Below, piece after piece: positions 1 through 14,679 of a DNA stretch of 64,000 nucleotides (positions are counted from its first letter, which is position 1; every line of letters starts with the position of its first letter). Source of the DNA: Amoebidium appalachense (Eukaryota > Protista > Ichthyosporea); NCBI GenBank assembly GCA_963693365.1, contig CAVNZM010000006.1, forward strand, positions 1,178,001 to 1,242,000, given 5' to 3'. The notes below the pieces were generated by a model that was not told where the DNA came from, did no database searches, and worked only from the letters and a program-made list of their open reading frames with translations. The translations under genes were made by a program, and so were the position numbers.

Positions 1-332
1 AGAGCGATAGGGGAAGCCAGAGAGTGTACATCACTCTGCAGAGTTTGGAGAGGGTGGGTTGATGGGGGATGTGTATTAAGCCCCCTCCCCAACTCTCTAC
101 TCTTTTCCCTTCCCCGTCCCCCCGCCCAACCCCACACAAACACCCCCACCCACACACACCAAGGGTATTCCCTCCCCTCCGCAACCTACCGTACATGTGT
201 GTAAATATGCCACCCACCTTCCTCCCGCCTCCCCACACCCACGCTCCTTGACGTGCTTGTGTGCTACAGCATGTCTGCGCTCTGATACATACGTGGAACG
301 TCCCAGTGCTCATGCCTGTGCATCTATGGCTG

Positions 333-379
<47 letters not shown>

Positions 380-482
380 GCATAAGTGGTGTGTGTGAGC
401 ATGTGTATGTGTATGCATGTGACTGTGTGTGTGTGTGTGCGTGTGCGTGTGTGCGCGCGCGCCCGTGTGTGTGTGCACATAC

Positions 483-572
483 CGCCTCCTTCTCCACCAT
501 GGTAGCAGCCTTTTCGTGGCCCTTGCTAGCCAGGAACTTAACCACCGCCTCATAGACCTCCTGGTCTGCCAT
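483..572 (-). CDS. First coding exon of a LisH-motif protein (gene continues beyond the left edge)
   Basis: Exactly 30 codons, MADQEVYEAVVKFLASKGHEKAATMVEKEA, fitting the LisH pattern (V-x2-FL-x3-G-x3-AA-x3-E-x-E-A). Preceded by GTGCAG (acceptor) and followed by a GTATGT donor at 482. An N-terminal LisH occurs in Nopp140/SRP40-type and other proteins, so the family is not assignable. Confidence 0.7.
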
Positions 573-1959
573 CTGCACCAGCCACCATGTTAGCCCACCA
601 GACCACCGTGTCACAGCCAGGGTGCTGTATTCTATCATAGTTGATTGGTCAACTAAGACCCCCCTCCCCACCTATCCCCCTCCTCCCCTTCTGTTCTCTT
701 TCCGCAGTCTCTTCGTAAATCTTTCCCCGCCCCCGCCCCCCCTGCGCCCCCACCACACACACACCACACCATCCCACACGCATCCCCCCCCCCCCCCCCC
801 CCCCCCCCAAAGAAGTCCGTGCCCTCGTCCTTTTACCAACAAGTAAGATTCCCCTGCTGCACTGACACCAGTCATACGCACGATAACCACCGAATCTGTC
901 TCCGTGCTGCCCCAATTCAACACATCGAAACCGTTATGTGCGCCTCTGTGATGTGCTTCTCTCTGGTGTGTTTCAAATATTGTGAGCCTACAAAACCTAA
1001 TCCCGCAGGAGCATTGCAGAGCGAACAAGCACGTAGGTCAAGAAAGAGCGTGAACAAGAAGGCGGGGGGGGGAAGGGGGAGGCGGGGAGTGAGGTATATG
1101 TGGGGGAGGGTGGGGGGAGGAGGAGGTTAGAAGGAAAGGGGAAGAGAAATCCGCGATTTGTTCCCAAATTTCTCACGCAACTATCTCATATTTACACATT
1201 CCTTTCCTCTTCAACCAACTTAAGTAAGAAACTTTTTCTTGCAGTTACCTTTTGTGTTATATCCTAGTAGGTTCCTTGTTAAGTTAAGAAGTAGAGCGAG
1301 ACTCAAAAAGACAATGTCAGGTCCGCTTAAGATCTTGCCCGTTACACGTGCTCTGTGCCTGGCTTGGGCAGAGAAAGGGGCTTCGTAACATCTGCCCCTC
1401 CAGATTTAATGAGACAAACATTACCATGACAATCAGACCATATAGCTTTATAACAGTTTTTAAAACTTAAACAGCATTATACCATTTGATACATCACACC
1501 GGAAATATTTTATGCTTAAATCTTGATTGCCAGACTGACGAAGGTTTGGTGGTGAGGAGTGCCCACGTGCATATAATTTGAACACTTTTCATGAAAAGAC
1601 TTATCATTTGTTTTACCATGGCACCTTTGAAAACGACGTTGCTTATGGTCCTTGACATGCTGTATACGCTATACAAAAACCTACTAAAAAATTTACGAAA
1701 TAGGCTTTTTACTGAGAAGAATCCGCTGGTTATTTTCGCTGTGTACACATAAACCTTTGGTAGATGTCCATTCTTGTGTGAAAACGGAACTCTTCGAAAC
1801 ACTATCAGAAGCAGGGGTGTGTGTGGCCGGTTGTGTTCTGTAGTGAGCCGTAGACAGCACACACTGCTGGGAATTTTGGCAACGTGATATAAGGAATAGG
1901 AAACTGGTTTGGAAAACTCTCCAACTCGATTGGTTTTGTCATCAAGTTGTTTTTGTGGG

Positions 1960-1990
<31 letters not shown>

Positions 1991-2272
1991 TCGGTCACAA
2001 GTTTGGTTTTGTGTTACTTTTATATGAGGTAAGGATTGGGTCCAAAGAGGTTTCTAAGATATAACCATACCAATGTTCTTTTTTTTTTTTTTAAAAAAAA
2101 AAAAAAAACAAGCGTCAAGGAACATAGATGGAAATAGCCCCCCCCCCCCCTCCCAAGCTCAAGGAACAAAGATGGAAACAACACTCCCCCCCCCCCCCCC
2201 CCCCCCCTGCCCCCCCCCCCCCCCCCAAAAAAAAAAAAAAAAAAAACACGTACACACACACGCATGCGTGCG

Positions 2273-2303
<31 letters not shown>

Positions 2304-2305
2304 CA

Positions 2306-2342
<37 letters not shown>

Positions 2343-2621
2343 AGATGCACGCACACGCGCGCTTGCATACACGTGCACAAACGGACACACACACAAGGGC
2401 ACACGGACACAACCAAGACCTACCCCCGAAGACCCTGCCGCAGGCACACCCACCTACTTTACAACCCCAAAGTTACTTACAGTATGCTCTTTGGGATTCC
2501 GTCATATTCTTGTGCTAAACTTCAAGTCTGGTACGAAAGAAAGAGATTTCCTGCAGGTGAGCCAAGAAAACATATGAGCAGAGAACAAGCACAAGCAGAG
2601 GGCCCCGGGGGGTGGGGCGGT

Positions 2622-2658
<37 letters not shown>

Positions 2659-2784
2659 AGGGGGAGGGAGGGAGGGAGGGGGATGTGGCAGCTTCAAAAA
2701 GGAACACATGAACTATTTAACAAAAGAGTTGTCAACAGGGCTGCACATGCTGAGATGAGTCACATGGGACTGGTGGCGGCCAGG

Positions 2785-2816
<32 letters not shown>

Positions 2817-2874
2817 GGGCATCAGGAACTCCCGAGGCTGGTCATCACCGACACGGCCACTACCTGCTGGACCA

Positions 2875-2912
<38 letters not shown>

Positions 2913-3431
2913 GCTGTGGTAGCCGCCGTGTGAATATTATAATCATACCTGCAGAAGTCCTCGGCTCTGTGTCAAGAGATAAAATAAATAAACATTACAT
3001 TCATGATGGTGACTGCATAGCGACCAGCTTCCTTGGGAATCCCATCAAATATAAAAACATACACATGTACACGGTCTTTTGTGGATATAGAATTGCGGAC
3101 ATTTCAGGTTTTTATGTGCCATATTTGGCTATAGCACAACAACGGAAGCAAGCTGGTGGTGGTGTTAACCATAAAATAAGAAGAAGAAGAATGAGGAAAC
3201 AACTCTGAAATAGGAAACAAAGAAAACCAGCACATATCTTTTAAGGGCCTTAGTCACCCATGTATGTAACAGACTCTAAACCAAAACTCTCACGGCACGT
3301 TGCGTTTATCGGCACAACTTTAAGCATGGAACCCCCCCTCCCCCCCCCCCCAACAACAACAACAACAAAAAACAAACCAAAAAAAAAAAAAGAGCGTTAC
3401 AAACACACACACACACACACACACACGCACG

Positions 3432-3516
<85 letters not shown>

Positions 3517-3811
3517 TGACTCATGATCACTTGAAGTATACGGCAACTTCAATTAAAATACAAATTTCGTGAGTACCTACATACACCCATGCATGCGCAC
3601 ACGCAACAAAAAAAAAGAAACAAATAGTGAAAATGCCCAGCCCGAGTGCACAGCCATTCCTACCACAGAGACAACAGCACGGCATATACACCCACCCATG
3701 CTATGCCTACACGTGCAACCATCCCTGCTGCCGATAACTGTGCAACCATTCCCAAGACCGAGGTCTTGCTCACTCAAACCACCCGTTGTCCCAATCGACC
3801 GTACGGGAGTG

Positions 3812-6156
<2,345 letters not shown>

Positions 6157-7132
6157 ATTTATGCATGACCAGAATTCTAGAAAGTGGCCATTTCATGAAG
6201 TTACCACTGCATGCATCCATGGAAAGTGTGACATTTTTTTGTCTCTGGAGTTGAAGGTTTTGAATGGAATCGCAAGTGAAGAGATGAAAGGTGTAGGCGT
6301 AGGTCAATAGCAGTTGGCAACGTTTTCTGCAACCCAAAAAAAGGGAGGAACAAAAGGCCTAGGAAGGGGAGGCGGGAGAATTCGAAACACGTGACTCTGA
6401 CAAATAATAAAGGACAGAGGGACTAACAAGAGTTATGGAAGACAGTATTACATAAACGTGTAATAATGGTAACGCATGTGTGTGCTCTATAAGCAATATG
6501 CCATTTGAGGCGGCTATAGACCCACATTAGTGACGACAAGAGTCGCGACACCTTTCAGCCTGCGCAGACACGGCTGGGGGAAAAGGCGGGAAACAGGCCG
6601 CTGCCGGGCTCGCGGCGAATTCGATGTAAATCATTCTATAGTTTGTCTTTTCATTAGTCGTTAAAAAACACAAAAATTTATACTTTCTAAAGTGAGCAGA
6701 AACAAATTATAATATTTTTTCATATGATAAATATCACACAAGTAAAAAGGAACGTTAACTCGTGTTCGTGTGAAGGCTTTTTTGTCGTTTGCGAAGGCCG
6801 CTCGAAGACTTTAGCAAGCGGCGTGGGAACTCGTGTTCGCAGCCACATTACCGTTGGGGCAACAAAGGTGCTTATCACTAGGAAGTCGGTAAACTAGGAA
6901 ATTGGCATTTTTGTGCTGTCAAAGCGTACGGAGGTGACAAACTATTATGAGGAGCGCTAGCGACATGCACGTGCTGCACCGTTCCACAGACTCGTGCACG
7001 TTGTGCTTGCACGCACCGCTGTGCCACAAGACTCTGTGAGTCTGTGATGGCCGGTACATCCACATCTGCATGTGTGTACATTTTGTCACGGCACTGCTGA
7101 TAGTGTGAGCTCGAGTGTGTATGTAAGTGGGT

Positions 7133-7135
<3 letters not shown>

Positions 7136-7206
<71 letters not shown>

Positions 7207-7545
7207 AGGGGAGGGGGGGGGGGAGGGAGGGAGGGAGGGAGGGAGGGAGGGATGGAGGGAAGTGAGGGAGGGAGGGGGAGAGGGGGGGAGGGGGGAGGGA
7301 GGGAGGGAGGGAGGGAAGGGAGGGAGGGTGGGGGAGGGTGGGGGGGAGGGTGGGAGGGAGGGTGGGGGGATGGGGGGATAGCGTGGAAGGGAGGGAGGGA
7401 GGGAGGGAGGGAGGGAGGGAGTAAGGGATGAAGGGAGGGAGGGAGAGAGGGAGAGAGAGAGAGAGTCCGGGGGGGGAGGGGGGGGGAAGAGAAAGAGAGC
7501 GAGAGAGAGAGAGAGGATAGGGGGAGGGAGAGAGAGAGTGTGTGT

Positions 7546-7581
<36 letters not shown>

Positions 7582-7665
7582 TAGGGAGAAAGAGAGAAAA
7601 AAATCGACGAGGAAGAGGGAGTCGAGAGAGAGAGTGAGTGAGAGAGAGAGGGACTCGAGAGAAAT
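7136..7665. repeat. Polypurine tract: (GA)n, G-runs and (GGGA)n
   Basis: About 530 bp that is almost purely A/G on the + strand. Confidence 0.9.
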
Positions 7666-7860
7666 AGAGAGTGTGTGTCTGCGTGTCTGTGTGACTGTGT
7701 TCGTGTGTTTGTGTGTGGTGTGTGTGTGCGGGGTGCGTAAATGTCTTTGTGCACGTGCATGTGCGTGCGTGTGTGCATGTATACATGTATGCATCTGCAT
7801 GTCCAGCGGGTGTGCGTGTGCGTGCGTGTGCGTGTGCGTGCTTGTACTAGCGTGTGTGTG

Positions 7861-9982
7861 TTTTTTATTTTATTTTATTTTATTTTATCACGTTTTGTTC
7901 CCGGAGAGCCTCTCCAGGCCCTCTAGGGAAACTGCCGTCTACCACACAGCACCGACAGTACACTAGTTAAGGTGCTATCTATGAGTTCAGCTAAGCTAAA
8001 CCATCCTTCACAACCTAACTATAAGTACACACTTTGCCCAGGGCTACTACCCCAGCCACGCCGGCAGGAGGCTCCAGTCCTCCCCTACATTCAAAACCTA
8101 GCAATAAACGTTAACCGAGGGCTCTCATTGGTCGATCTACAGTATTGTGGAGTCCTAAGTGTTATGTATTTTATTTACGGTGGGTATGGGTGGATGATGG
8201 GGTGTGGTGATGGTGGTGGTGGGGGGTTGCTAGTACCTAACATTATGTGTTGTTGTACGTATCTTGACGCAATGTTTTTGTGAACTAAACGGTGGGTTTT
8301 GCAAGGCACATTGGGTCTGTGTGTGGTCCGGCAGTCAGAGCAGGCAGGCCGGGTGTGTGTGGGGGGTGTATTTGTGTGTGTCTTGGGTTTTGGGGTGCCG
8401 TGCTTTTCTTTCTACGGGTGCTGGTTGTATGGTGGTGTTTTTGCATTTTGGGGTGGGTGGGGGGTAGTGTGGTGTTCCGTTGGTGCCATATTTTGAAAAG
8501 AAAAAAGACTGCACCTCTGCTGTGATTTTTCCTAAGATGGCCCGGGTGGTGGTCTTGGTGGTGCCGGTGGCTGCGAGTAGTGGGCCCACCGATCGTGGGC
8601 AGAACCCTCGTTCAACCCACTTGATGTCCTCGGTGTCTGGTGGGTCACCGTTGCCTCCTATCCAGTTTATCCATGCACATTGGTCTACCACCGTGGCTGC
8701 CGTGTGTTGGTGCTGTGCCGTGGGGGTGTTTGGGTAACGAGTGCTCAGGACGTTGTGGATGCAGGCTGTGATGGCCGTGGTCAAGGCGGGGACCTCCCCG
8801 GCGTGGGCCGGGCAGGCCCAGAGGTGGGTGGTGGTCTCCGGGTGCTGGCTGCACCGGGGGCATGTGGGCTGTGTAACGACGGTGGGGTGATATCGGTGTA
8901 GTCGTGTCATGGTAGGCAGGGTGCCCATAGCCAGGGACAGGCTACGAGTGTTGCCTCTGACGGCCCCGATGGTTGCCTGTGCGGGCCCCTTGTTGAGCTT
9001 GAGGGGGTTCCGTTCGGCTGGTAGCAGTCTGGGGTCGGCTAGTATGGACATAGCCTTGGTCTTGCCGGCCATGTCGGTGAGGAAGTCCTTGTTCAACCGG
9101 TTCAGTGTACCGGGAATGTTGCCGGGGATACGGTGGCCTTGTAGTCGTAGGAAGTATTTCCCTCCCCCTGGGGCCGGAGGTAGGGGGGGGGGGAGGGGGA
9201 AGGCCCTTCCTGCATTGGCTGCCTTGTCTGCCTCGTTATTCCGTTGACCGTACCGTTTGGTGTTGGATTGGTGCCCCTTCACCCACGATACTTGTACAGA
9301 GCCTGGTTGCCGTAGGGAGTTGGTCTCGTACATGGGCCCATTCCACTATATGGGGAAATTTTAGCTTCCGTCGAGGGGGTGTGGTGGGGTCGATATTGGC
9401 CCCCCATCGGTCGACTACTTCAAGGTTGTCGAGCTTGATGTGGATTGGGGTGGTTGTGGGGGTGAGTAGGAGGGCTAGTGGTACCCCTGTGAGTTCGGCC
9501 TGGGTGGATGATAGGGCCGTGTGGAGCCTGGTCTTGGCCGTCACTGGTGGTGCTTTTCGGTCCGTGGTGTCCAGCACAGCCCCGGCTCCGGCCTGGGCTG
9601 TCCTAATGCCCGGGTGGGTGAGGCTGCCGTCCGTGTAAACGGTGATCGGTTGGTCTGGGGGGAGCAGGTTGATTTGCTGCTGCCACTCGTCATAGGTGGC
9701 CTGGGGCACCAAGTCAGTGTAGGTGAGCCTACGGGGAGTGGGTGGGCTCGGCAGGTCAGCCGGGTGGGCCGTGCACTTGTGTCCTGGTGGTGACCCCACC
9801 GGTGGTGGCTGCTGGGGGGGTGGTGGGCCGGGGAGGTCCCCCGGCAAAGGTGTGGCCTCCTCGTTGGCTTGTAGGTGGAGCATCTGGGGTGATGCCTGTT
9901 GGTGGGGGGGAAGATGCCGCCGAAAATGGTGTATCTTCCTCCACTGCTCGGCTGGGTCGGAGCCATCCTTCAGTGCGATGAC
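7861..9982 (-). mobile_element. 5'-truncated non-LTR retrotransposon (RNase H + CCHC) with (TAAAA)n tail and 15-bp TSD
   Basis: Identical flanks ACTAGCGTGTGTGTG at 7846-7860 and 9983-9997. The (TTTTA)n run at 7861-7887 is the 3' tail on the minus strand. Coding remnants of RNase H and a zinc knuckle lie inside. Confidence 0.9.
8335..9980 (-). pseudogene. LINE ORF2 C-terminal part: RNase H domain and CCHC zinc knuckle, frameshifted near 9315
   Basis: RNase H motifs VYTDGS, SSTQAELTG and IKLDN in ORF 9236-10114 continue as WVKGH and NNEADKAA in ORF 8335-9333. CPRC-x4-ETTTHLWAC is a typical LINE C-terminal knuckle. No RT domain present. Confidence 0.88.
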
Positions 9983-10439
9983 ACTAGCGTGTGTGTGGGT
10001 GTGTATAAATGTGTGTGTGTGTGGGCAGTGTGTGCATAAACATGCCTCTGACCGGGTACATCTGTGCCTGCGTGCATGTTTGTGTGTATGCCAGCGGGTA
10101 TTTGCATGTGACACCGTGTTTCTGTGTGTGCGTGCGCTCGCAAGAGTGACAATCTGCCTCGTGCACGTGGCGATGTATGCGCACTAGCTGTATGTACCTA
10201 CACATGCTCCAGCTGCCTACGCTAGTGTACCTGGGCTGGAGTGTGTGTGTGCCTGCGTGGGCCGTGTGTGACACACTGTGTGCGTGCACGCATGTCTGCG
10301 TGCATGCGTGCATGCATGTGTGTGTATGTTTTGTGTGTGTGTATGTGTTTGTGTGTGTGTGTGTGTATGTGTGTGTGTGTGTGTGTCTGAGTGTGTGTCT
10401 TGAATATATGGCCAAAAGGGCTCGAATAATTATGGCTAA

Positions 10440-10825
10440 ACTACATCAGCAGAAAATAAGAATGCCCTTTGCAGAATGCAAAGTTATTCAGCAAAAGACA
10501 ATTATTCTGCTCTGGAAAGAGCTACTCTGCTCTGAGCAGAATTGCTTTATTTTGAGTATTCTGCAAAAATCAGACTTTAAATTGAATATTCTGCAAAAAC
10601 CAGAATCATTCAGCGTGATCACAGCAGCAAATTCTGCTATCATTTTCCTATAATGCAACTATTAGCAGAATTTTACTGCTTCTAGCAGAACAGAATTATT
10701 CTGGTCGAAGTGGAATGATTCTCCTTAGAGAAGAATAAATATCCTTTGCAAAATAACTCTGCCTTTAATGAGCTATTCTGCTATACGCAGATACTTTTAG
10801 AAAAGCAGAACCGTTCTGCTCGCAG
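10440..10825. repeat. Cluster of short ATTCTGC/GCAGAAT-like motifs in both orientations
   Basis: More than a dozen near copies (tattctgc, agcagaa, attcagc) in ~390 bp of AT-rich sequence lying between GT-rich microsatellites. Confidence 0.65.
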
Positions 10826-11047
10826 CCTGTTGTGTTTGAACCATAATGATTGGATCCGTGCGTGTGTGGATCTTCTTTTGTACGAGGTTTGAATATGTGA
10901 TGCCGCAGCATGCAGAGGTGTGTGCGCACGTGTGTGTGTGTGTTGTACATGTGTATGTAGGTGCATGTGAAATAGACGGTGTGTGTGCGCGTGTGCGTGT
11001 GCATGTGTGGCGCTGTGCGTGTGTGTGTGTGTGTGTGCGTGTGTGGC

Positions 11048-11183
<136 letters not shown>

Positions 11184-11962
11184 CGCGCGCGTGCGTGTGT
11201 GTGCATGTGTGCATGTGTGCGTGTGTGTGTGCAGTGCTCGTGTGTGTGTGTGTGTGTGTTCTTGCTGATACTAACACGGGCTAGTGATGTTGCCCGGGCC
11301 AGTGATTACTTCTCTGGAGTTGCTGACAGATTTAGATGATTAGAAGTGTTGATGTGTACACGAACAGTGAGAAAGGTTTTGAGGTATGTCGATGGGGAAC
11401 AACGGCATTAGAGCTGCGGGGTGTGTGTGTCTGTTTGGTGGGGACGGTGGGGGTTCGCGATGTATAATACAACGATTGAGCAACAAATAAGTTTCACTGC
11501 GAGCGAAGCGATGTTTCGTGTAAGGAATGACTTCAATAACTTGTAAAATTGACTATCTTAACTGCTGCATAAAAGAGTATCATATATCAGACATACAGTC
11601 ATAGCAGTCGAAGGTGTCCCCCCCTTCCCCCCCCCCCCCCCCCCCCCCCCCCTTCTTCTTGCAAGGTGCCAACGTTCAACCCCAGGCACCCCCCCCCTCT
11701 CCTTATCACCATCACCACCAAGTTTTTACCCCTCCTTCCCCACCTCCCCCTTTCCCCCCCCCCCCCTCCCCCCCCCCCCCCCCCCCCCCTCCCCTCCCCC
11801 CTCCCCTCCTTATTCTTGCTTCAAATTCAAGAAGCAAGTAATGCTTTCCGAATTGTGCGAATATGTATACTTATAGTCAGGTGCATACGGTATGTAAGCT
11901 TAGGCAATTGTAGTAGTAGCATGTGCTTCGGACACCGAGGTCCATGCGTGTGTATGCGTGTG

Positions 11963-12002
<40 letters not shown>

Positions 12003-12026
12003 TCCGTGCGTGCGTGCGTGCGTCCG

Positions 12027-12102
<76 letters not shown>

Positions 12103-12125
12103 TTCTTACGTGCGTGGGTGCGTGC

Positions 12126-12187
<62 letters not shown>
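11963..12187. repeat. (TGCG)n tetranucleotide microsatellite
   Basis: Directly visible. A shorter (GCAC)n equivalent lies at ~48120-48170 and ~63165-63203. Confidence 0.95.
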
Positions 12188-12189
<2 letters not shown>

Positions 12190-12340
12190 TCCTCCCCCTC
12201 CCTCCCCTCATCCTGCATTATTTCACCCTTGTAGGCTAACGAATCGATCCAGTGGGGTGGGATGTTACTGTCACCAAATGACCCCCCCCCCCCCCCCCCC
12301 CCCCCCCCCCACAAAAAAAAAAAAAAAAAAAAAAAAAAAA

Positions 12341-12825
12341 CCCCCCATTATTTATTTAGAGCTTAGCTCTAACGGCTGCCAGTTGACTTCCCTAACATGA
12401 TTAACCTGCTAAAACCTCCAAAGACCGAGACTCACGGTGGCGTAGTACATTCCCTCATAAATACAAAGCCTTAGGCCCTTAGCACATTGTCGAACCTTAG
12501 TAAAAAAAAACCCGAACTACACAACTTCCTTAATCAATTCAAGTGACCAAGTGACCAAGAGTAACTGTAAAACTTCCCTATGCCAAAAATGTTCTGTGAC
12601 CACCCCCCCCCCCCCCCCTCCCCCTTCCTCCTGCATAGGAATTGAAAGCAGCCAGAAGTCTTTTCGCGTGGGAATGAACATATCAGGATTCTGCTCTTGA
12701 TAGCCATACTAAAACCCGATCACCATTCGGAGGGTCGACCGGGATAAGGTCGGGGAACGGCGATTAACACCATTAGCATGGCAGCCGTTAGAGCTAGCCT
12801 AGGCTCTAAATAAAGAATTGGGGGG
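12341..12825. mobile_element. MITE-like element with imperfect ~40-bp terminal inverted repeats
   Basis: Left arm TTTATTTAGAGC-TTAGCTCTAACGGCTGCCA (12351-12381). The reverse complement of the right arm (12779-12814) is TTTATTTAGAGC-CTAGG-CTAGCTCTAACGGCTGCCA. The arms extend outward into C- and G-runs. Non-coding interior; no TSD resolved. Confidence 0.6.
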
Positions 12826-12954
12826 GGGGGGGAGGCTGAGAGAGAGCTTCAACTGGGAGTTAATTAAACGTCACACCCGGCGAGTGCAGTAGGTCAGCTG
12901 TGGCAATGCAAGGTTATGCTACTTGCATATCGCGCATGCCCCCCCCCCCCCCCC

Positions 12955-12993
<39 letters not shown>

Positions 12994-13522
12994 TTCTCCC
13001 CGGGCCACTGCCGCTGCCACCGCTGTGCGCCTTTATTCTTTGATTATCCCAATCTTCGTTTGCTCTATTCCTTGCGATCATTCCTCCTTTTTGACGTCGT
13101 CTCTCAACGTATGATAATTAATTTCTTGTTTTCGGCATGCATGTGTGACTGTTTGTTTGGATGGAGATGGCCGGGCAAGACTTCCTAGCTCCCGAGGACC
13201 TGCTTTTCCTCCCTTTCTCTTCTCTTCCACATTTAAAGGTTTTTTTTGTTTGTTTTTTGAGGGGGGCGGAGAGGAAGAGGGGGGGAGGGGGGGGGGGGGG
13301 GGGGAGGGAGGGGGGCTCTTTTTGGCTTTAAAACTAGCACCGGCCCAGGAAGCAGGGTCCCCGAGATCATGTCAGGTAGCATATGTATAACAAAGTCAAA
13401 ACACTATAAAGCATGAACAATCATACAGACGTACACACACCGTCACACACACGCGCACACACACAAACACACATGCCCTGTTACACACACAAATGTCGGC
13501 ACACACACACACACACACACAC

Positions 13523-13561
<39 letters not shown>

Positions 13562-14011
13562 ACAGACACACACAACCACACACAACCACACACACACACA
13601 CAAACTCACACACACCGTCACACCCGCACACCCACACACACACCCACAAACGCACACAAACACCTGCACATGCACACACACACACACATGCCCAAACGCG
13701 CGCGCACTTGCACACACGCACACAAAGGAGCCCGTGGCCCTTTGGATAAGTACCTGGGCACTCGTTTTGTGTACCAGCTCATTTCCCAGTTGAGGTTATT
13801 CGAGAGATAGAGAGTTGAGGGTGTATGTGTGTGTGTTTGGGGAGAAGGGGAGGGGGGGAGAGGGGAGAAGCAGGGGAAAGAAAAAGAACAGCACATAAAA
13901 TATTCATACAATGGAAGAGGTGTAAAGGACACGAGGGGTCTGGGTTCCCCTTTCCCGGACTCGATTCACTGCATGTTAAGCACAGGGTTGGATCACACCT
14001 TGTCAATTTCC

Positions 14012-14043
<32 letters not shown>

Positions 14044-14046
14044 AAA

Positions 14047-14475
14047 TTCACTGATTTGCTTGTCCATTTCAAAAATGGAAGTTGCATTCACACAGTGTGC
14101 AGGAAGTAACTAGCATGAATCAGTTAAGCCCATCATTCGTGAGCTATTCATGATTTGACTCATTGAAGCATCAGCATCGCAGCAATATCAAAACCCATCC
14201 TTCACTGATTTGTTATAACCATTTACAAAGTGGTGGCTGCATTCACACATAGGTAGGTTATTAAACTTTTCACTGAGTCGCTTGACCATTTACAAAATGG
14301 AAGTTGCATTCACACAGTGTGCAGGAAGTAACTAGCATGAATCAGTTAAGCCCATCATTCGTGAGCTATTATTTGAATCATTGAAGCATCAGCATCGCAG
14401 CAATATCAAAACCCATCCTTCACTGATTTGCTTTAGCCATTCAAAAAATGGTGGCTGCATTCACACATAGGTGGT
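14047..14475. repeat. Tandem duplication, two ~220-bp units
   Basis: AAAATGGAAGTTGCATTCACACAGTGTGCAGGAAGTAACTAGC...GGCTGCATTCACACATAGGT occurs at ~14072-14255 and again at ~14294-14472. Confidence 0.93.
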
Positions 14476-14679
14476 AAGCAAACATGAATCATTAAGATGA
14501 CGCTTTCACAGAAATTTTCAAATCAATAATACCACATTGCATATGCCTGGTCGTTAATTTCATCTCAATTGTAGCTGTGAGCTCATTCAACATCCTGCTA
14601 CACCTTAAGCCTCCATACAGATCGATTCAGATACATACGTTCACAACTTGCAGAACAAGTGGTTCGAATCAAAGACCTT

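Noticed and set aside
6878-7800. 230-300-aa Pro/Ser/Leu-rich ORFs
   Set aside because: All three frames are open only because the polypyrimidine tract lacks stop codons.
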